Source: Trichosphaerium sp. ATCC 40318
Taxonomy: Eukaryota; Protista; Tubulinea
Assembly (NCBI GenBank): GCA_038496445.1
Contig: JALMLS010000538.1
Coordinates: 62,001-126,000, forward strand
DNA length: 64,000 nt
Reading direction: 5' to 3'
The notes beneath the pieces were generated by a model. That model saw only the letters and a list, made by a program, of their open reading frames with translations, was not told the origin of the DNA and ran no database searches. The translations under genes and the position numbers were made by a program. Positions 1 through 12,724 of the stretch are shown in pieces (the stretch's first letter is position 1; every line of letters starts with the position of its first letter).

Positions 1-702
1 TTTTAATAACAGTTACAGGTAATGCTTGTCATAGAGTGTCTACGAAAGTAGACACAGGCAAAGTCCATTGGCTAGTTAAAGGTAAATGCATTTTTGCATG
101 TTTAGTTTTAACTTGTCCATAGGTTGTGACCTTAACCACCCGCTATCGTGTAGTATCCTGTCTAATATGTACAGGTGAGATATATTTTTATAAGGCACTG
201 TGCTGAGAAGACGCTAGGCTTGGATCACCTGGGGCATCACAAAATGAAAATTTGGCAGTAGAATTTGGTGTTAAGGCTACACGTGAGTTAGGTGATTGTG
301 GAGATGATTTCGATTTGAATTATTGGGTGTACCACAGGAAGATGTATGGCAGACGAGTATGTCAAAACACAACAGCATTTCACATCAAGTTTAAGTGACT
401 TGTTTAGAGTGTGGCTGATGGTGATCTTCGTGAGTACCTTCTGAGATCTTGTCAATGTGGATATCCATTAGGATGTAGAAAGACGGCAGATATTTATACA
501 GAAAGCGCACTAGGTGGTGTAGATATGGAAAACGCCATGACATTGTATAAAGCAGGTAACACTTTGTTTTTTGATTCGTTTGTTTTCTATTTCTATTTTT
601 AACAAGTCATGAAATGAAGGATGTGGACTTGGAGATATAGAATCTTGTCGTATGTTGTATGAATTGGAAGGTCAAGAAGAATTAGGGTTACTCAGGGATT
701 GA
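1..702 (+). CDS. 3' part of a gene with Sel1-like/helical repeats (partial, runs off the left edge)
   Basis: Spliced reading gives LGSPGASQNENLAVEFGVKA..., YPLGCRKTADIYTESALGGVDMENAMTLYKAG and ESCRMLYELEG, which resemble SEL1 repeats. There is a GT..AG intron at about 556-606. Confidence 0.35.
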
Positions 703-851
703 TTCAACTATGCACATCTCGAGAAGTAGGATGAGTGTTAAGCTGCACGCATAAATAAAATGTAAATTTGTTGACTTTTTAATCACGGTGGCCGTTTGAT
801 TGCCACAGTTATTTATTAAAAATACAAGAAAAAGGCTCTCCTTCCACGTGT

Positions 852-1731
852 CTACAAAATTGTAGGATCAATGAGTGTAGCACGTTTATCTTTGAACCAG
901 CGCTTGTGCATGCTACGTATTACTCCAAAAGGTACCTGTGCAATAAACCGTCAATAGGGAAACCAAACGTGGTATGAGACAAAAAAATCAACAAGGAAGT
1001 TTAAAAATTCACAAACAATAATCCGTACATCATGCACATTGCGATTTGCAAATGCTTGAACTGCTCTATCATCAGGACATTTTATTTCAGCAATCTTAAC
1101 TCTATAGCCATGCATGACAGCTTGGGATGAAGTAAGACTTTAAACATTGATAGATGTTATGTACCAATGGTGATATAATTCGCGTATTCCCACTCTTGTG
1201 AATGAGTGTTGTCAACTACAATTTGAGGTGCACCTTGTCACAACTGTTAGGATACGATAGAAAGTAATGGTTGAACCTTTGCGGATGGCTGAAAGGAAGT
1301 TGGCCATACAAAACGAATGTGCTTCTCCTATTTGACTTCTATCGAACCTATTTATCGGTTTAGCGTCGTGAAGCAACGAAATGGCCGATATTCTGACTGT
1401 ATTGTACAGAAGGCTGTGGCATGTCTGGGTCGTACCTGTAGAAGCCATTACGGCTAAAAAACAGATCTGCGCTACACACTGTAGCTTTTGGAAATTTATT
1501 TGATACAAACGTTGATTTACCGCTACCAGGCATACCCCTCAGATGAATTTGAGCGAACACAGACTAAAATTATGCCGTACCTCATAATCACAACGAGTTT
1601 CTTTTTCTGGCTCCCAGAAGCTTCTAGAATACGTCAGAAGTCTAGAAAGTGACACTGACGCTTTATTATATTTGTTTCGTACTGCTGGTGCTTTGTTCAG
1701 CGTTTGGTGCTGTTTTATCACTGTTCTCCAT
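852..1731 (-). CDS. N4BP2-like / AAA_33 P-loop nucleotide kinase
   Basis: Walker A LRGMPGSGKST, then VCSADLFF, AHSFC, VVDNTH, WEYANY and NRNVH..VP motifs typical of the N4BP2/N4BP2L family. ATG at 1731, TAG at 852-854, several short introns. Confidence 0.8.
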
Positions 1732-1920
1732 AGTGACTTATTTTTTAAACGTATTGTAGTAAAGTGCTTTGTGTCTTTGAGAGAAATAAACAGTTTGTCT
1801 AGAAAGTAGAAATTTCGATTTTTTTAAATTCAGTGCCAATTCGGATTTTATTAACGTTTCACGTATAGACAGTTGATTATCTTACTATTACAATAACAGA
1901 TTTGTATGCAGTATATTCCT

Positions 1921-2436
1921 TTAATATTGGCGCGTATATCTCCATACTCGTTGAATTCCAGGTCGTTTTGAAACAAGAAGTTTTTTTTTTGGTAAATTAA
2001 AATATTCATCAAAGAAGTAGCATGTCTTGATCGCCATCTGTTATGCCGAAATGTATCTCTGCTTCGTTTATACGCTTTGTATTTATAAAAGGTTCTGTAC
2101 GCCATGTTATGATGTATTTTGGTAAAGCTTCTGTGCATGACATACTTAAAACAGACTCAATAATAAGTTCCTTTTTTTGTGTCAGTTTAGTTTAATTAAT
2201 CGACATTGTTTTGTTTTTTCCTACCTTCACCAAGAGTTCGTTTGTGTACATTTCAACAAGTTCATTAACATAGCTGTTATACTCATCCTCTCGTGAAGGT
2301 ATATTGCCTTTTTCCTACAATGAAATGAACAAAAAGAAAGGCAGGTGGCGTTCAATTTGATACGTACTGATAATACTGCTTGTCCTAATTTTTCTGATTT
2401 TTCTAGCATTTGTTTGTGAAGGGAATGAACTGACAT
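1921..2436 (-). CDS. small hypothetical multi-exon protein
   Basis: MSVHSLHKQMLEKSEKLGQAVLS, then a GTACGT..TAG intron, then EKGNIPSREDEYNSYVNELVEMYTNELLVK. Later exons are uncertain and no family was recognised. Confidence 0.3.
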
Positions 2437-2565
2437 GTGTCAGTAAAAAAAGTAATCAATTATGCTGTAGGACTGCCCATTATTACATTGGTAGGTATGC
2501 TGATAACGTACATTGTCTTAATACTGTTTGTAGGGTTTTAATGCTCTTGCTTACTAGTAGATGCG

Positions 2566-3394
2566 TTAGCGTTGTAGTATGTCGTTTTTACCTGAAGATA
2601 GAGTCGGATCTATTGCACAGTCTTTTTTAGATGGTACACCTAATGGAAAATCGTGTATTGACGATGAAAAGCGGTTTTCTGTGCTTGTATCAATTGGTTT
2701 TACATTATCAAGTGAATCGATACTATTTTCGTTTATAGACGCCCAATCCTTTGTCCTTGCGCGTATTAGAATACGAAACCGTTGGCTGACGAGCGAATTA
2801 ATCGTACAAACGAAGAAATTCGTAAAACAGCTTCTCTCCTTTTGATTTTGTTGGTGTATACGGTTGTGGCACGCTTGACGCCATTCCAACCTGTTTCTAC
2901 ATTCACAATTAAAGAACTGATTTTGACCGTCAAAATCTACTAGCAAAAAAGAAGCTTGATGAGACGTAGTCTAAAGTCTTAGCATTGAGGTTCCTATATC
3001 CATTCTCCCTTCTCTCTAATACACTCTTTCGTAAGGCTTTGAAGAGTGAAGCTCACTTGACTTGTATCCAAGAGTGTAGTTATTTAGTAGTAGGCACAGC
3101 CTAAATACCAGTCTTTTTGATGAAGTAAAATAAATACCAAGGCTCAGTTGATTGTAGCCTATTACAATGAAAAAATCAAATGTCACGTGAGCCTAAAGTG
3201 GCATGGTAAAAGAAACTGTTAGCGGAGCTTTTAAAAACTGGGTTCGTTTCGGTAGATTGTTTGTCTTTACGTTTGTCAAGTTTTGGTTGGTTGTCCCGGA
3301 TTTTACGAAACATTCCGGTACGTTGTCGAATTAAAACAACAATACTAAGAAGTGGATTGAAGGGCATACATAGCCCTCTGTTTGGAATACGCAA
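2566..3394 (-). CDS. hypothetical multi-exon protein
   Basis: ORF-track segments 3176-3394 and 2566-2946 lie on the same strand with internal GTACG..AG introns. No domain recognised; start uncertain. Confidence 0.3.
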
Positions 3395-3780
3395 ATCTTA
3401 ATTCTTTGCTGCGGTTTCATCGACTCAACTTTATTGAACCTTTAAAATAATCTGTAGAACATGTTTTAGTGGACGGAACGTTGATTCTTGTATAAGAGGT
3501 GTCCGATCACTTTGTTTGTTGTTTCACGGTTTGTGGATGATGGTGGTAGTAACTGTTTTTCAATTACTAAGCAATTGCGTTTTATTTTAAGCAAGTCACA
3601 GAAGATCTGGACAACAAGGCAACGGCTGGCTCTCTCTGCACAAAACAGTACGGATACACCCTGAACATATAGTATGGTTGTGTTAACAGTGTCTGCGGAC
3701 CAAAGAGTCGTTATAACAATCTACAACCCATCTTTTGCATAGAAACCGTCGTTACACATGTGTTATTGACTGTTGTAGAT

Positions 3781-4290
3781 ATGGAATCGCCCAGAGCAGA
3801 CAACATCGAAAAATTGAAATACATTCTGAAGAATCACTCTTCTGGTATCCTAGTTGTACATAACCGTTGCTTATTTTTCAGCAGAGATATACGTCACGCC
3901 AAACCAAGTAGCTCGTGCAAGGCGTTTGTATGAAAAGCGCGATAAAATGGCTCTAGGCTTTGAGACTAGCGTACCGAACGTTGTCTTCTATTTGAAGGCC
4001 GGAAGGTGCGTTTCGTACCTTATGCGAAAACTTTTGTACTGATCCATTCCCTAAAGCCTACAGAAAGTGCGTAAAATGTGGGAGAACTCCAAAGAGGGTA
4101 AAGTGCTTTTGGAGCCCGATTACTCAATTGAGCTTCAAAGTGGTTGGATTGGCACGCAAGTACGTTTTTACGATTCGTTCGTAAGAGATCATCGTCACAA
4201 CTCGTCTGAAAACACAAAAACGTGGCACTGACAAGCTCGCTTCATCATAACCGTTAGCGCTCATCTTGACATGCAAAATCAGACTGTGAA
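3781..4290 (+). CDS. hypothetical protein (possibly the 5' part of the downstream Ubl-domain gene)
   Basis: Exons join in frame: MESPRADNIEKLKYILKNHSS / EIYVTPNQVARARRLYEKRDKMALGFETSVPNVVFYLKAG / LQKVRKMWENSKEGKVLLEPDYSIELQSGWIGTQ. Confidence 0.3.
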
Positions 4291-4436
4291 GCACTGACCA
4301 ACTTTGTTGTGATTTTTATTTTGATCTACTCGCGTACACCGCATCCAAGCGGACTTTTTGGCAATAGTTTTTTTTAGCTATGAATTCATTGTTTTTGGGC
4401 TTGTAGATCTTTCATCATTTATTTTTTTCCTTGTAG

Positions 4437-6413
4437 TACGGTGGATGTTATTTGAAGTTTATAAAGGCTGAGAATAAGTCTTATAATGCAAGGAGAACTT
4501 TAATTACTTTTAACGATGAAGCTCTTAATGACGCAGTACGTTTGTATTTTCAAACTTTTTTTTTTCGTTTCTTACCTGATTTGTATTATTTTTTTGCCGA
4601 AAGTTTTAATAATTTTTATAGAATATGCAAGAAGACGACTACGATATGGGTGATGACATGGGCGAGTTTGAAGCACGTGCAGCTGGACTTGATCCATCTG
4701 CTGTAAACGGTCAAGGAAATGTAAAGTACGTTTTTTTTGTAGAATACTAAAAACTACAACAGTTCATCTTTATGACTCACTAGGTATCTACTAACCACGA
4801 ACTGTCTTTATTTTAATTGTTTGTTTGGTCAAAGCCTTTGAAATTTGTTACTAACGTTTATACAGCGAGTCTAATGACATGGAAATTGATTCGAAGATAC
4901 ATGAGCCAAAAGAAGAGCCAATGTCAAGCACAAACTCTCAAGGTGTAACAATGCATAGAATAGCTAGACGCTATAAGCATACTCCTTCATCATTACCAAA
5001 GCTATTGACGTTTTATTATACCGAACTAGACATTTCAGAGGAAGTAAGTAGTAGGCTTACATCTACGCACACTTGGGCGATATTTTTATTGAAAAACAAT
5101 TTTATTATCAGCCAAATTACTAGGTCTTCTGTTTTCCTTGTACTATCTACGCGCTTACTCTTAAAAAGTACTGGGGCAACTGGTGGACTAAAATTAATGT
5201 GGAAGATAGCGAACGCTCTCTTCTTATATTTGGCGTACCTACAAAGTACGAAGACAAAATTGGCAAACTTCAAACGTACGCAACGCTTTCTTCCTCCCAT
5301 AAGAACGAAACCAACGACAAACAACATGAAATAACTCAAGTATAGCCAACTCTACAAAAAATTGGGTATAATGCCAAGCAATCTACAACCACTACCAAGT
5401 CCAAGTGTAAACCTATCAATATGGCTATTTGAAACTGAAAAGGCAGAAGATGTCGAACAAATAGATTGTCAGACTTGCTTCATCGAAGGTCCTTACTCTG
5501 GTCGTGTCCAAAACCAAGTTGTACTTCACAGGCATGCAACATAACACTATTTTCATGCGCTTTCCTTTCTATGAAAATCAAATTCCCATAAATCCGACTT
5601 TTCTCACCTTCTGTTACCTTTAGAGTACCTATTACAAATAAGAGAAACAGATCAGGAGATGGCCAGGGTGGTGAGTCAAGCGAGCCTCATCCAAAGCGTA
5701 GACGTAAGCATTAAAGCCAGTACTCCTGTTTCAACCTCTAAAATGGGGATTAGGTGTTCGTAAAGCCACAATAGCAAACAGGCGATTGGCTATGGAAGTT
5801 CAAGAGCCAGATGGTGGCGATTATGTTCCGCCAACTGAGAAACCTGCTTATAAACGTACGTTTTATGACTTGTCTTTGTTTGTGGTATTTGACTTGGGAT
5901 TTTAGCAGCTCCAGCTCGTCCAACAGTACACAGACAAACTCAAGTGAAAGCTGTAGAGAGACAATTAGATAGATCACGTGGAACAACCACATCCAGACCT
6001 GCATATACGCCTCAACATCTGACAATCACAGTTGTATTTAACGAAGAACGTGCTGTTTTTAGACAGTTTCCAGGTAAGCACAAAGAGCTATTACTCTCTC
6101 CCTTGGTCTTTGTTACTTTCTTTAAGACTTTTCTAGATTGCCTTGCAGCAAATATTCTTGATCAGTTGGCACGATACAAGTTCATTAAGGGTATTGAAGA
6201 CTACGGAAGATGTTTCTTGACTGACAAGGTACGTTTTGCTACTTTTCTTTGTTTGTAAAAGTTTTTACGGCATCAATGGCTACGACTGTGTTTTCTGCTG
6301 TTCGCTGTCTTATATGATTATAGGCTGGAAGTATTATTATGGATACCACACCTATTGATACATTGGCATTCCAAGGTGAACCTGTATTGTTTTTAAAGCT
6401 CATTGATGCTTAA
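4437..6413 (+). CDS. protein with divergent ubiquitin-like domains, acidic linker and NLS-like motif (5' end uncertain)
   Basis: Phase-consistent exon chain. Ubl-like segments: LLIFGVPTKYEDKIGKLQTQLYKKLGIMPSNLQ and LTITVVFNEERAVFRQFP..AANILDQLARYKFIKG..GSIIMDTTPIDTLAFQGEPVLFLKL. Basic HPKRR motif. TAA at 6411-6413. Confidence 0.45.
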
Positions 6414-7089
6414 AAAAAAAATCAGGAAAAAAATAAGAAAATAATATTATTTTTATTCATGTACAGTAAAACTCAGTTTTTTTCAAAACCGCTTGTCGTT
6501 TGGTTAAGCATATACACAAGAGGTAAATGAGTCAACTCATACGGAAGTATAGCTTACAGCTACGCCAAAAAGCGGTCAAGACCACATCCTTACAAATAAG
6601 TTGGCAACAGTTTTAACTTTGGACTCGTTAGCGTTGATTGCTTGTCAATGCACAAAATAATCAAGGGCTACAGGTACATACTACAACTCACTTAGTAAAG
6701 TACTCAAGTGCCACTCTATCGAACGTTAACACTGGTTTAAGAGGTTACGGTATAACGACATGGAATAGGTGGCGAATCATTGTTTCAAACGTTAAAACAA
6801 ACGTCAACATACACTATGTTTCGTGCTTTTGTACAACTAAGCCAGACTTGTCTCCTCGGGATACTTTCCAAATTAAATAAGTTGTCCGCGGAAGCGTTTG
6901 ACGTGATTGTTCGTTATGACTTCACTCAACTTTAACTGTGTTGAAAATCGCTACAGCTGCTAGCATAGGTTAAATTAAGTACCTACAACAAACGATTACG
7001 TTTACAATAGGTTTTCATTGAAGAGATTGTGTCAACGAACGAATTCGTCAGATTTAGTAAAAATTACTAAATAGTCAAAATTACAAATA

Positions 7090-8146
7090 ATGGCACAAGG
7101 TGGCAACAAATAGTTTTTCTGTTTACTAACTTTGTTTGAATAGACGGCAAAGTAGAGTTGGGTTACTGGGCTATAAGGGGCCTCAGACAACCGTGTGTTT
7201 ACTTGTTGGAGTACCTCGGGTGGACTTACACTGTACGTAGCCTTCATTCGATATGTATTAGAGTAATCTCGTGTTTCAGGAAAAACTCTACCATGAAGGC
7301 CCTAAACCTGAAGCATCACCAAAAGAGTGGACAGACGTCAAGGAAACATTAGGTTTAACTTTACCGAACCTTCCTTATCTTATTTGCGGTAATGCAGATA
7401 AAGTATTAATACAATCGCTAACAACGAAATAGAGAATGGACCAAACATTACTCAATCCAATGCTATACTTAGGTACTTGGGTAAGTGCGCTGGCATTGCC
7501 GGTTCGAACCCTAAGGAAGCTGCAACTATTGACATGTTGGGCGATTTTGTGCGTCACGTGATGTGATTTTCGGTCTAACTTTGTTATTGCTATTTCAGGT
7601 CAAGGATGTAAGAAATATGGCTATAAAACACTATTATAGTACTAAGGAAACTCCTGAATCCATTGCTGAATTTAAATCTAAGACATTAAGACGTACGTAT
7701 ACCTTTTTTATTACTTGGCGAGAATCACATGCTGGTGCATGTTATGTTCAACATTTGTTACATTTTGGTTTTTTTCAAACTGTTGACTCATTACAAATAG
7801 CAAAGCTCGACCAAATAGCTTGTCTTCTAAAAGATCATAAATTTTTAAATGGAGATAGCATTACCTGGCCTGATTTTTATTTGGCTGAAATTTTGGATCA
7901 ATTCCGTTTGTTTGCACCTGAGCTCTTGGAAAAACAAGGTAAGTACATAACGATCACAATGTCCCTGTTTCTGAGAATCTGTATTTAGATGTGTTGATGG
8001 CATACATTAAGCGATTTCAGTCTTTACCAAAGATAGCAGCCTATCTCAAATCTGGTCGCTTCCAAGCCTGGCCTGTAAATGGTGTGAATGCTTACTGGGG
8101 AGGAAGTAGTTCTAGTCCTCCTAAAAATCTCATCCTTCAAAACTGA
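7090..8146 (+). CDS. glutathione S-transferase, Mu-like class
   Basis: LGYWAIRGLRQP, mu-loop-like EGPKPEASPKEWTDVKETLGLTLPNLPYLI, QSNAILRYLG, ITWPDFYLAEILD and F.SLPKIAAYLKS motifs. Confidence 0.92.
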
Positions 8147-8486
8147 AGTCACGTGATATCGCGCTAAATCATATTAACAATAAAGTAGCTCCAAGTTCTA
8201 ACATTCTATTGTTTTAAGCGCTAGGCTCAAGCCAAAGCGTTGTTTCTTTCCAAAAAACCAATCAGCAAGGTTCATACACGTTTGGAAAACATGAAGGAAT
8301 GCATACATTTTGAAAATTTTATTTAACAATTGCACATTGTTTTTGTTTTTTTTTGAAGTGTTTTTCTTATTTTCCAACTTTTTTCCAAATAAATAGAAGT
8401 ACAAATTAAGTATGGGGGGTTTTTTTGGTTTTGAATGTTTCTGAGTTTGTGTGGTCTAGTATTGTTCTTTCTTTTCTCTTTCTGTT

Positions 8487-10945
8487 TTAGAAGACAAAAT
8501 GAATAGAATGGTCTCTTATCTTTTCAACTAGTTGTTCTATCGTTACAAATGTGCATAATAAACTTGATACTATGCCAAAAACAATAATCAATACATCTTT
8601 AAAAAAATTAAATGACATTTTGTTCTTCCCACTGAACAGGCTTATATGTATAGCACAAGGCAAAATAAACGCCAACATTGGTGAAAAAACACTTCCAACC
8701 TACATATGCGATCATTAGAATTACATAAACAAGGATGGTCGGTACACATAAAGCGTTTTGATTAAAATAAATGTGATTTTTTTCAAGTCAAACATTTTTC
8801 CGTTCTGTGATTTTACACGTGTAATATCACGTGGAAGAATGGTTTTTGTTTAAACAAAAACGTACCAATTGAGTGCACAGTTCAAATGATGGTATAACTA
8901 ATGCAACAGCAAGACTACAAGCTACCAAAACAGCTCTTGAAAAAAAATAAGTAAAAAAACTCTCGCAAGGAAAAACAATACCTGATAAGATTCTTCCGTG
9001 ACTCTATCCACCACCATGACATAGAGCAACACTTAACTTCGTCAACTTTGCTATAATCTTTATAGCTATTAATAGAGCTATCTTCTATTGTTTTAGTAGC
9101 ATTAGCACTCTGAATGAATCCTTCTACTTCTTCTTCTGTTTTTACGTCTTTTGATTTATTTTTGTTGTTCTTTATTAACATTACTTCAACACGTTCAATG
9201 ACAGGCCACATCATAAGAGGATATGTCAAGCTATGATAGAATCACGTGTTAGTCAAATGATTAGAAATATGTTCACTTACACAGCTGCAATAACGTTACC
9301 ACCTGTTGCCAATTTACGCCTAAACAACCTTTTTTAGTTGAAGGTTTTTGAAGAAAAGTTGTGTACCAAATGTTGTCTGGAACATTTTCTATTGATACTG
9401 GCAAAGTGTCTTTACCAAACGATATATATCCGAATACACCAAATCCACAGTACAAAAATACAACAATACTGACACCAAGTAAGAATACAGTAATGACTAG
9501 ACGAATAAAAGTAAGCAACGTGCAAAAAACCAAAAAACCCAAGAACATGTTGTCATTTTCTACGTTTAGAGTACAATGTCATAATAAGAACGTATCTAAA
9601 ACATAAATATTCAAAATACTTTATCAATTTTATCACGTGATTATTGAAAAGACAAAAGCGCTAGAAGAACTTTCCAAAAGAAAAAAATCGAGAAGAAAAA
9701 ACTTACATCCTTTCTTTGACTTTGCTGCTGCTTCAACAGGAAGGACCTATATCCTAGTAAGCCAACCACATATATAGAATTTTTTATGTTGCTATACCAG
9801 TCCTATGCCTTCGAAACCATACAACGCGAGGGCGAAGAATGCCGGAACTTCCATTATTTTTTTTGGCCATATCTGTACATCATTTTTAATAAATGTTTTT
9901 GATCTGGCACCGTAATAAATGATAAGACCAAATCCGCATAAATACAAGAATATAGACAAAGCACTGAAAGGAGCAAGCATCTTTAAGTTCCTATAAAAGG
10001 ATCATTAACAAAAGAAGAACCAAGCCAAGAAGAAAGCAAAAGTGTTTTTTTTTCAAAAAAGAAATCTCAAAAGTGGCGATTCTCAGACAAATAATTCAGT
10101 TGCTGTCGACGGAATAAATACGCTACAGTCATGGCTTTTAGGAGGCATTATTCTTTTTCGATTTGTTCGTATTTGTGTTGAGCTGTTTTCCAAAAAGTCA
10201 AAAAAACCTGTTTTGTACCTTATCCAACACATTAAAATCAAAGGAGCCAAGAAAATAAACATCCATGCTACTATGCCAATGTGTCCGTACAGTAGATGCA
10301 AGTTTTTACCGATATACAAAAAATACGCAACGCAAAACCCGAATTGAGACGTTAAAAGCGTAACATCTACGGCGAATTTACCTATAACGTGAGATTAAGC
10401 GTCTTCCGTTAAGCAATCGAAAAAATCAAGTTTTTGAAGCTGATTGTTATTTGACGTTTCTCGTACCAATACTACCGAGGGATACATAGCCAATGTGAGT
10501 ATATGTGATAACTGGTGGGCGATTTGGCATTTCATCAATGTATCTCTTGCATTTAACCAATAATAACATACAATGAACTGCTACGACGCCAACCAGTACA
10601 TAACCCATAAGGGAAACCTGAATCGGAATTAAATAACAAATAAAAAGGGTAACGGTTGTACGTACAGCAACGCCACCTTGTAAAAACGCGTAAGGTATTG
10701 TTATAATACCACCTCCGCAATAAGACTACGATTTACAGTGTCAGAATTAACAAAAACATCTTCAAAATGGTTCAAACTATTGTACTAACCTTCAGTACAT
10801 TGACAAAGGTTCGTAAATTACTAAAAACAGTCAATTCGTCAACAAATTGTGATATTAGAGAATAATCCCTATTAATTTTGGTGTATACATACCTGCTCTT
10901 TTGTTTGTGCTCGCTTTGAACACCTGATCCACCAGTGAATCCCAT
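8487..10945 (-). CDS. amino acid transporter (Aa_trans / AAAP, SLC36/AVT3-like)
   Basis: TFVNVLK-SYCGGGIITIPYAFLQGG, SQFGFCVAYFLYIG, ALYGFEGIGLV, FGVFGYISFG, LTYPLMMWPV and VGSVFSPMLAFILPC; about 11 hydrophobic helices. Confidence 0.9.
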
Positions 10946-11556
10946 TCTCGCAAATGAAAATTCCGAGGACTTTGCTAGCAAAAACACGTTTTTGTCGATC
11001 CAAAGGCAATCTACAAAAACATTTTGAAGAAATGTTAAGTTGGTCGATGTGACAAACTGTTGTTGTTCACTGGATGTCTTCCAATTGAATTTAACGGAAT
11101 AGGTAAGACCTCTTAGATATTAAATCTACCATCTTACTATTGTATGTGCGCCAATCTGCCTTGACATGTTCGTCTGTTACTGCAGTGTAAGAAGGCAGAA
11201 TGACAGTGTGTACACCCACCAAAGCTTCATCAGCTGCATGTTTAGCTCCAAAATCAATCGAATATACACCTGCCAATGCCTTTATGGCATCAGCTGTACA
11301 GCCAAGTTTTTATTGAGTTAGTCTAAAACGTTGTATTAGTTGTTGCTGCTATTATTGTCATAGCTGTGTGGTACTATCGTTCAAGAAAAACCAAGCATAC
11401 AAAGGAGTAGCTTGAGCTACCCCTTGAATAAAAAAGCAATTAAGAAACTTGTACAACGTTAAATAGCAAAGCATCATTTATTTGTGATACAGAAAAGTCA
11501 ACTATTTTTGTTTTTTGTTTTTGTTGTTCTATTCCTATTTTACTTGTTGTAATTAT

Positions 11557-12033
11557 TTATTTACCAAAGCATTCAGTTACTAAATCAATCTCCCACTGAG
11601 ACATTTTCATTAGTTTGGTGTTTTTCGTCTGCTTAAAATTGATTGACTTCGATGAATACCTCCATACATCTCCTTTACTACTTTTATCAATGGACCATCC
11701 GCCAACTTGCCAACTTTCTATACGCTTTGATACCCATTTCTCTTTCTTGGCAAGATCCAAGAGACCATGATGTGCATAGGTAGTAATCCTTCCCAATAAT
11801 TTTTTGGATGTTATAACAAATGTAGTCCTGTTATGTTCGTAAATAGTCAGGCAAAGGTATCCTTGTTTTCCTTGAGATTTTGGTTTTTCCTTCTTGCTTG
11901 TTTCTTTACCATCAATAATTATCTTAAACTTGTGTGATATTGTACAGTCTTTAGGGTCTATTTTAGAGTCCGGTTTGTTCTTACATTGTTGTTTGTACAA
12001 CTTTTTTTCGAGCATGTTTTGGCTTTTTCCCAT
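11557..12033 (-). CDS. intronless Lys-rich hypothetical protein (158 aa)
   Basis: Uninterrupted 477-bp ORF with ATG and stop in AT-rich DNA. No motif recognised. Confidence 0.5.
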   Translation of the reverse strand: MGKSQNMLEKKLYKQQCKNKPDSKIDPKDCTISHKFKIIIDGKETSKKEKPKSQGKQGYLCLTIYEHNRTTFVITSKKLLGRITTYAHHGLLDLAKKEKWVSKRIESWQVGGWSIDKSSKGDVWRYSSKSINFKQTKNTKLMKMSQWEIDLVTECFGK

Positions 12034-12724
12034 GTTGATTGTAGGTGTTTTTCTTGGATTGGGTTGATTGATTGTAGCAAGAGATAGGTATCTACTTGTT
12101 TGTGATAGTTAGATTATGAATTAAGATGTAAGATGCTAAGTTTGGATCACGTGAAATATCAAAACACACGTGATTTTCACATGAACTTGTGAATTAACTC
12201 TGTTTTCGCTTTCGCTTGATAGCGCATGCTAAGTACAAGATAATAATTGGCAGAATACTTTAATGATGTCGCAACGCGGGAAAATACGTGATTATGTGCA
12301 CCGCGTCTCCTCATTTTCCCGCTATTGCGTCACTTTGATTATTAGATCACCATAAACAGTACGTTTTAGCGTCCAACCACCTTGGGTACACAGATAATTA
12401 GTGTGTTCAGTTAAACTACCATTACGTGTAAAGAATAACTGGGTTTCAGAAGCAGCTAGCGCCGAAGGTTTGAATAGCGAACGAAAAATTGCGAGTCTAT
12501 TTTTTTTTGTATTACTTTTCATTATGCTTCTTTACAATTTCACTTAAATTAGTAAAATCCATGCTTATTGTACGGGTATGTCCCAATCTCTTCTTAGTAA
12601 GTTGTATTAACGAGATTTCTGACCTTGAGCGACGTTCTAAAAGATTCGAATATTTAATTTCTTGTTTTTTTGTAAAGTGAAACTCTTTATACCGTACGTC
12701 TTGGATTACCAACTATCCTGACCT

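Noticed and set aside
4945-5623. Possible nested minus-strand gene (ORF 5016-5339, intron-like GTACGT..TAG) inside a long intron
   Set aside because: The plus strand gives a phase-consistent chain of short exons through this interval, encoding a Ubl-like segment, so no long intron is needed.
6420-7080. Long intergenic stretch with ORF 6638-6880
   Set aside because: No coherent exon chain or RNA-gene signature found on either strand.
12322-12712. Two short minus-strand ORFs that might splice into one small gene
   Set aside because: No recognisable domain and an ambiguous start; not supportable as a feature.
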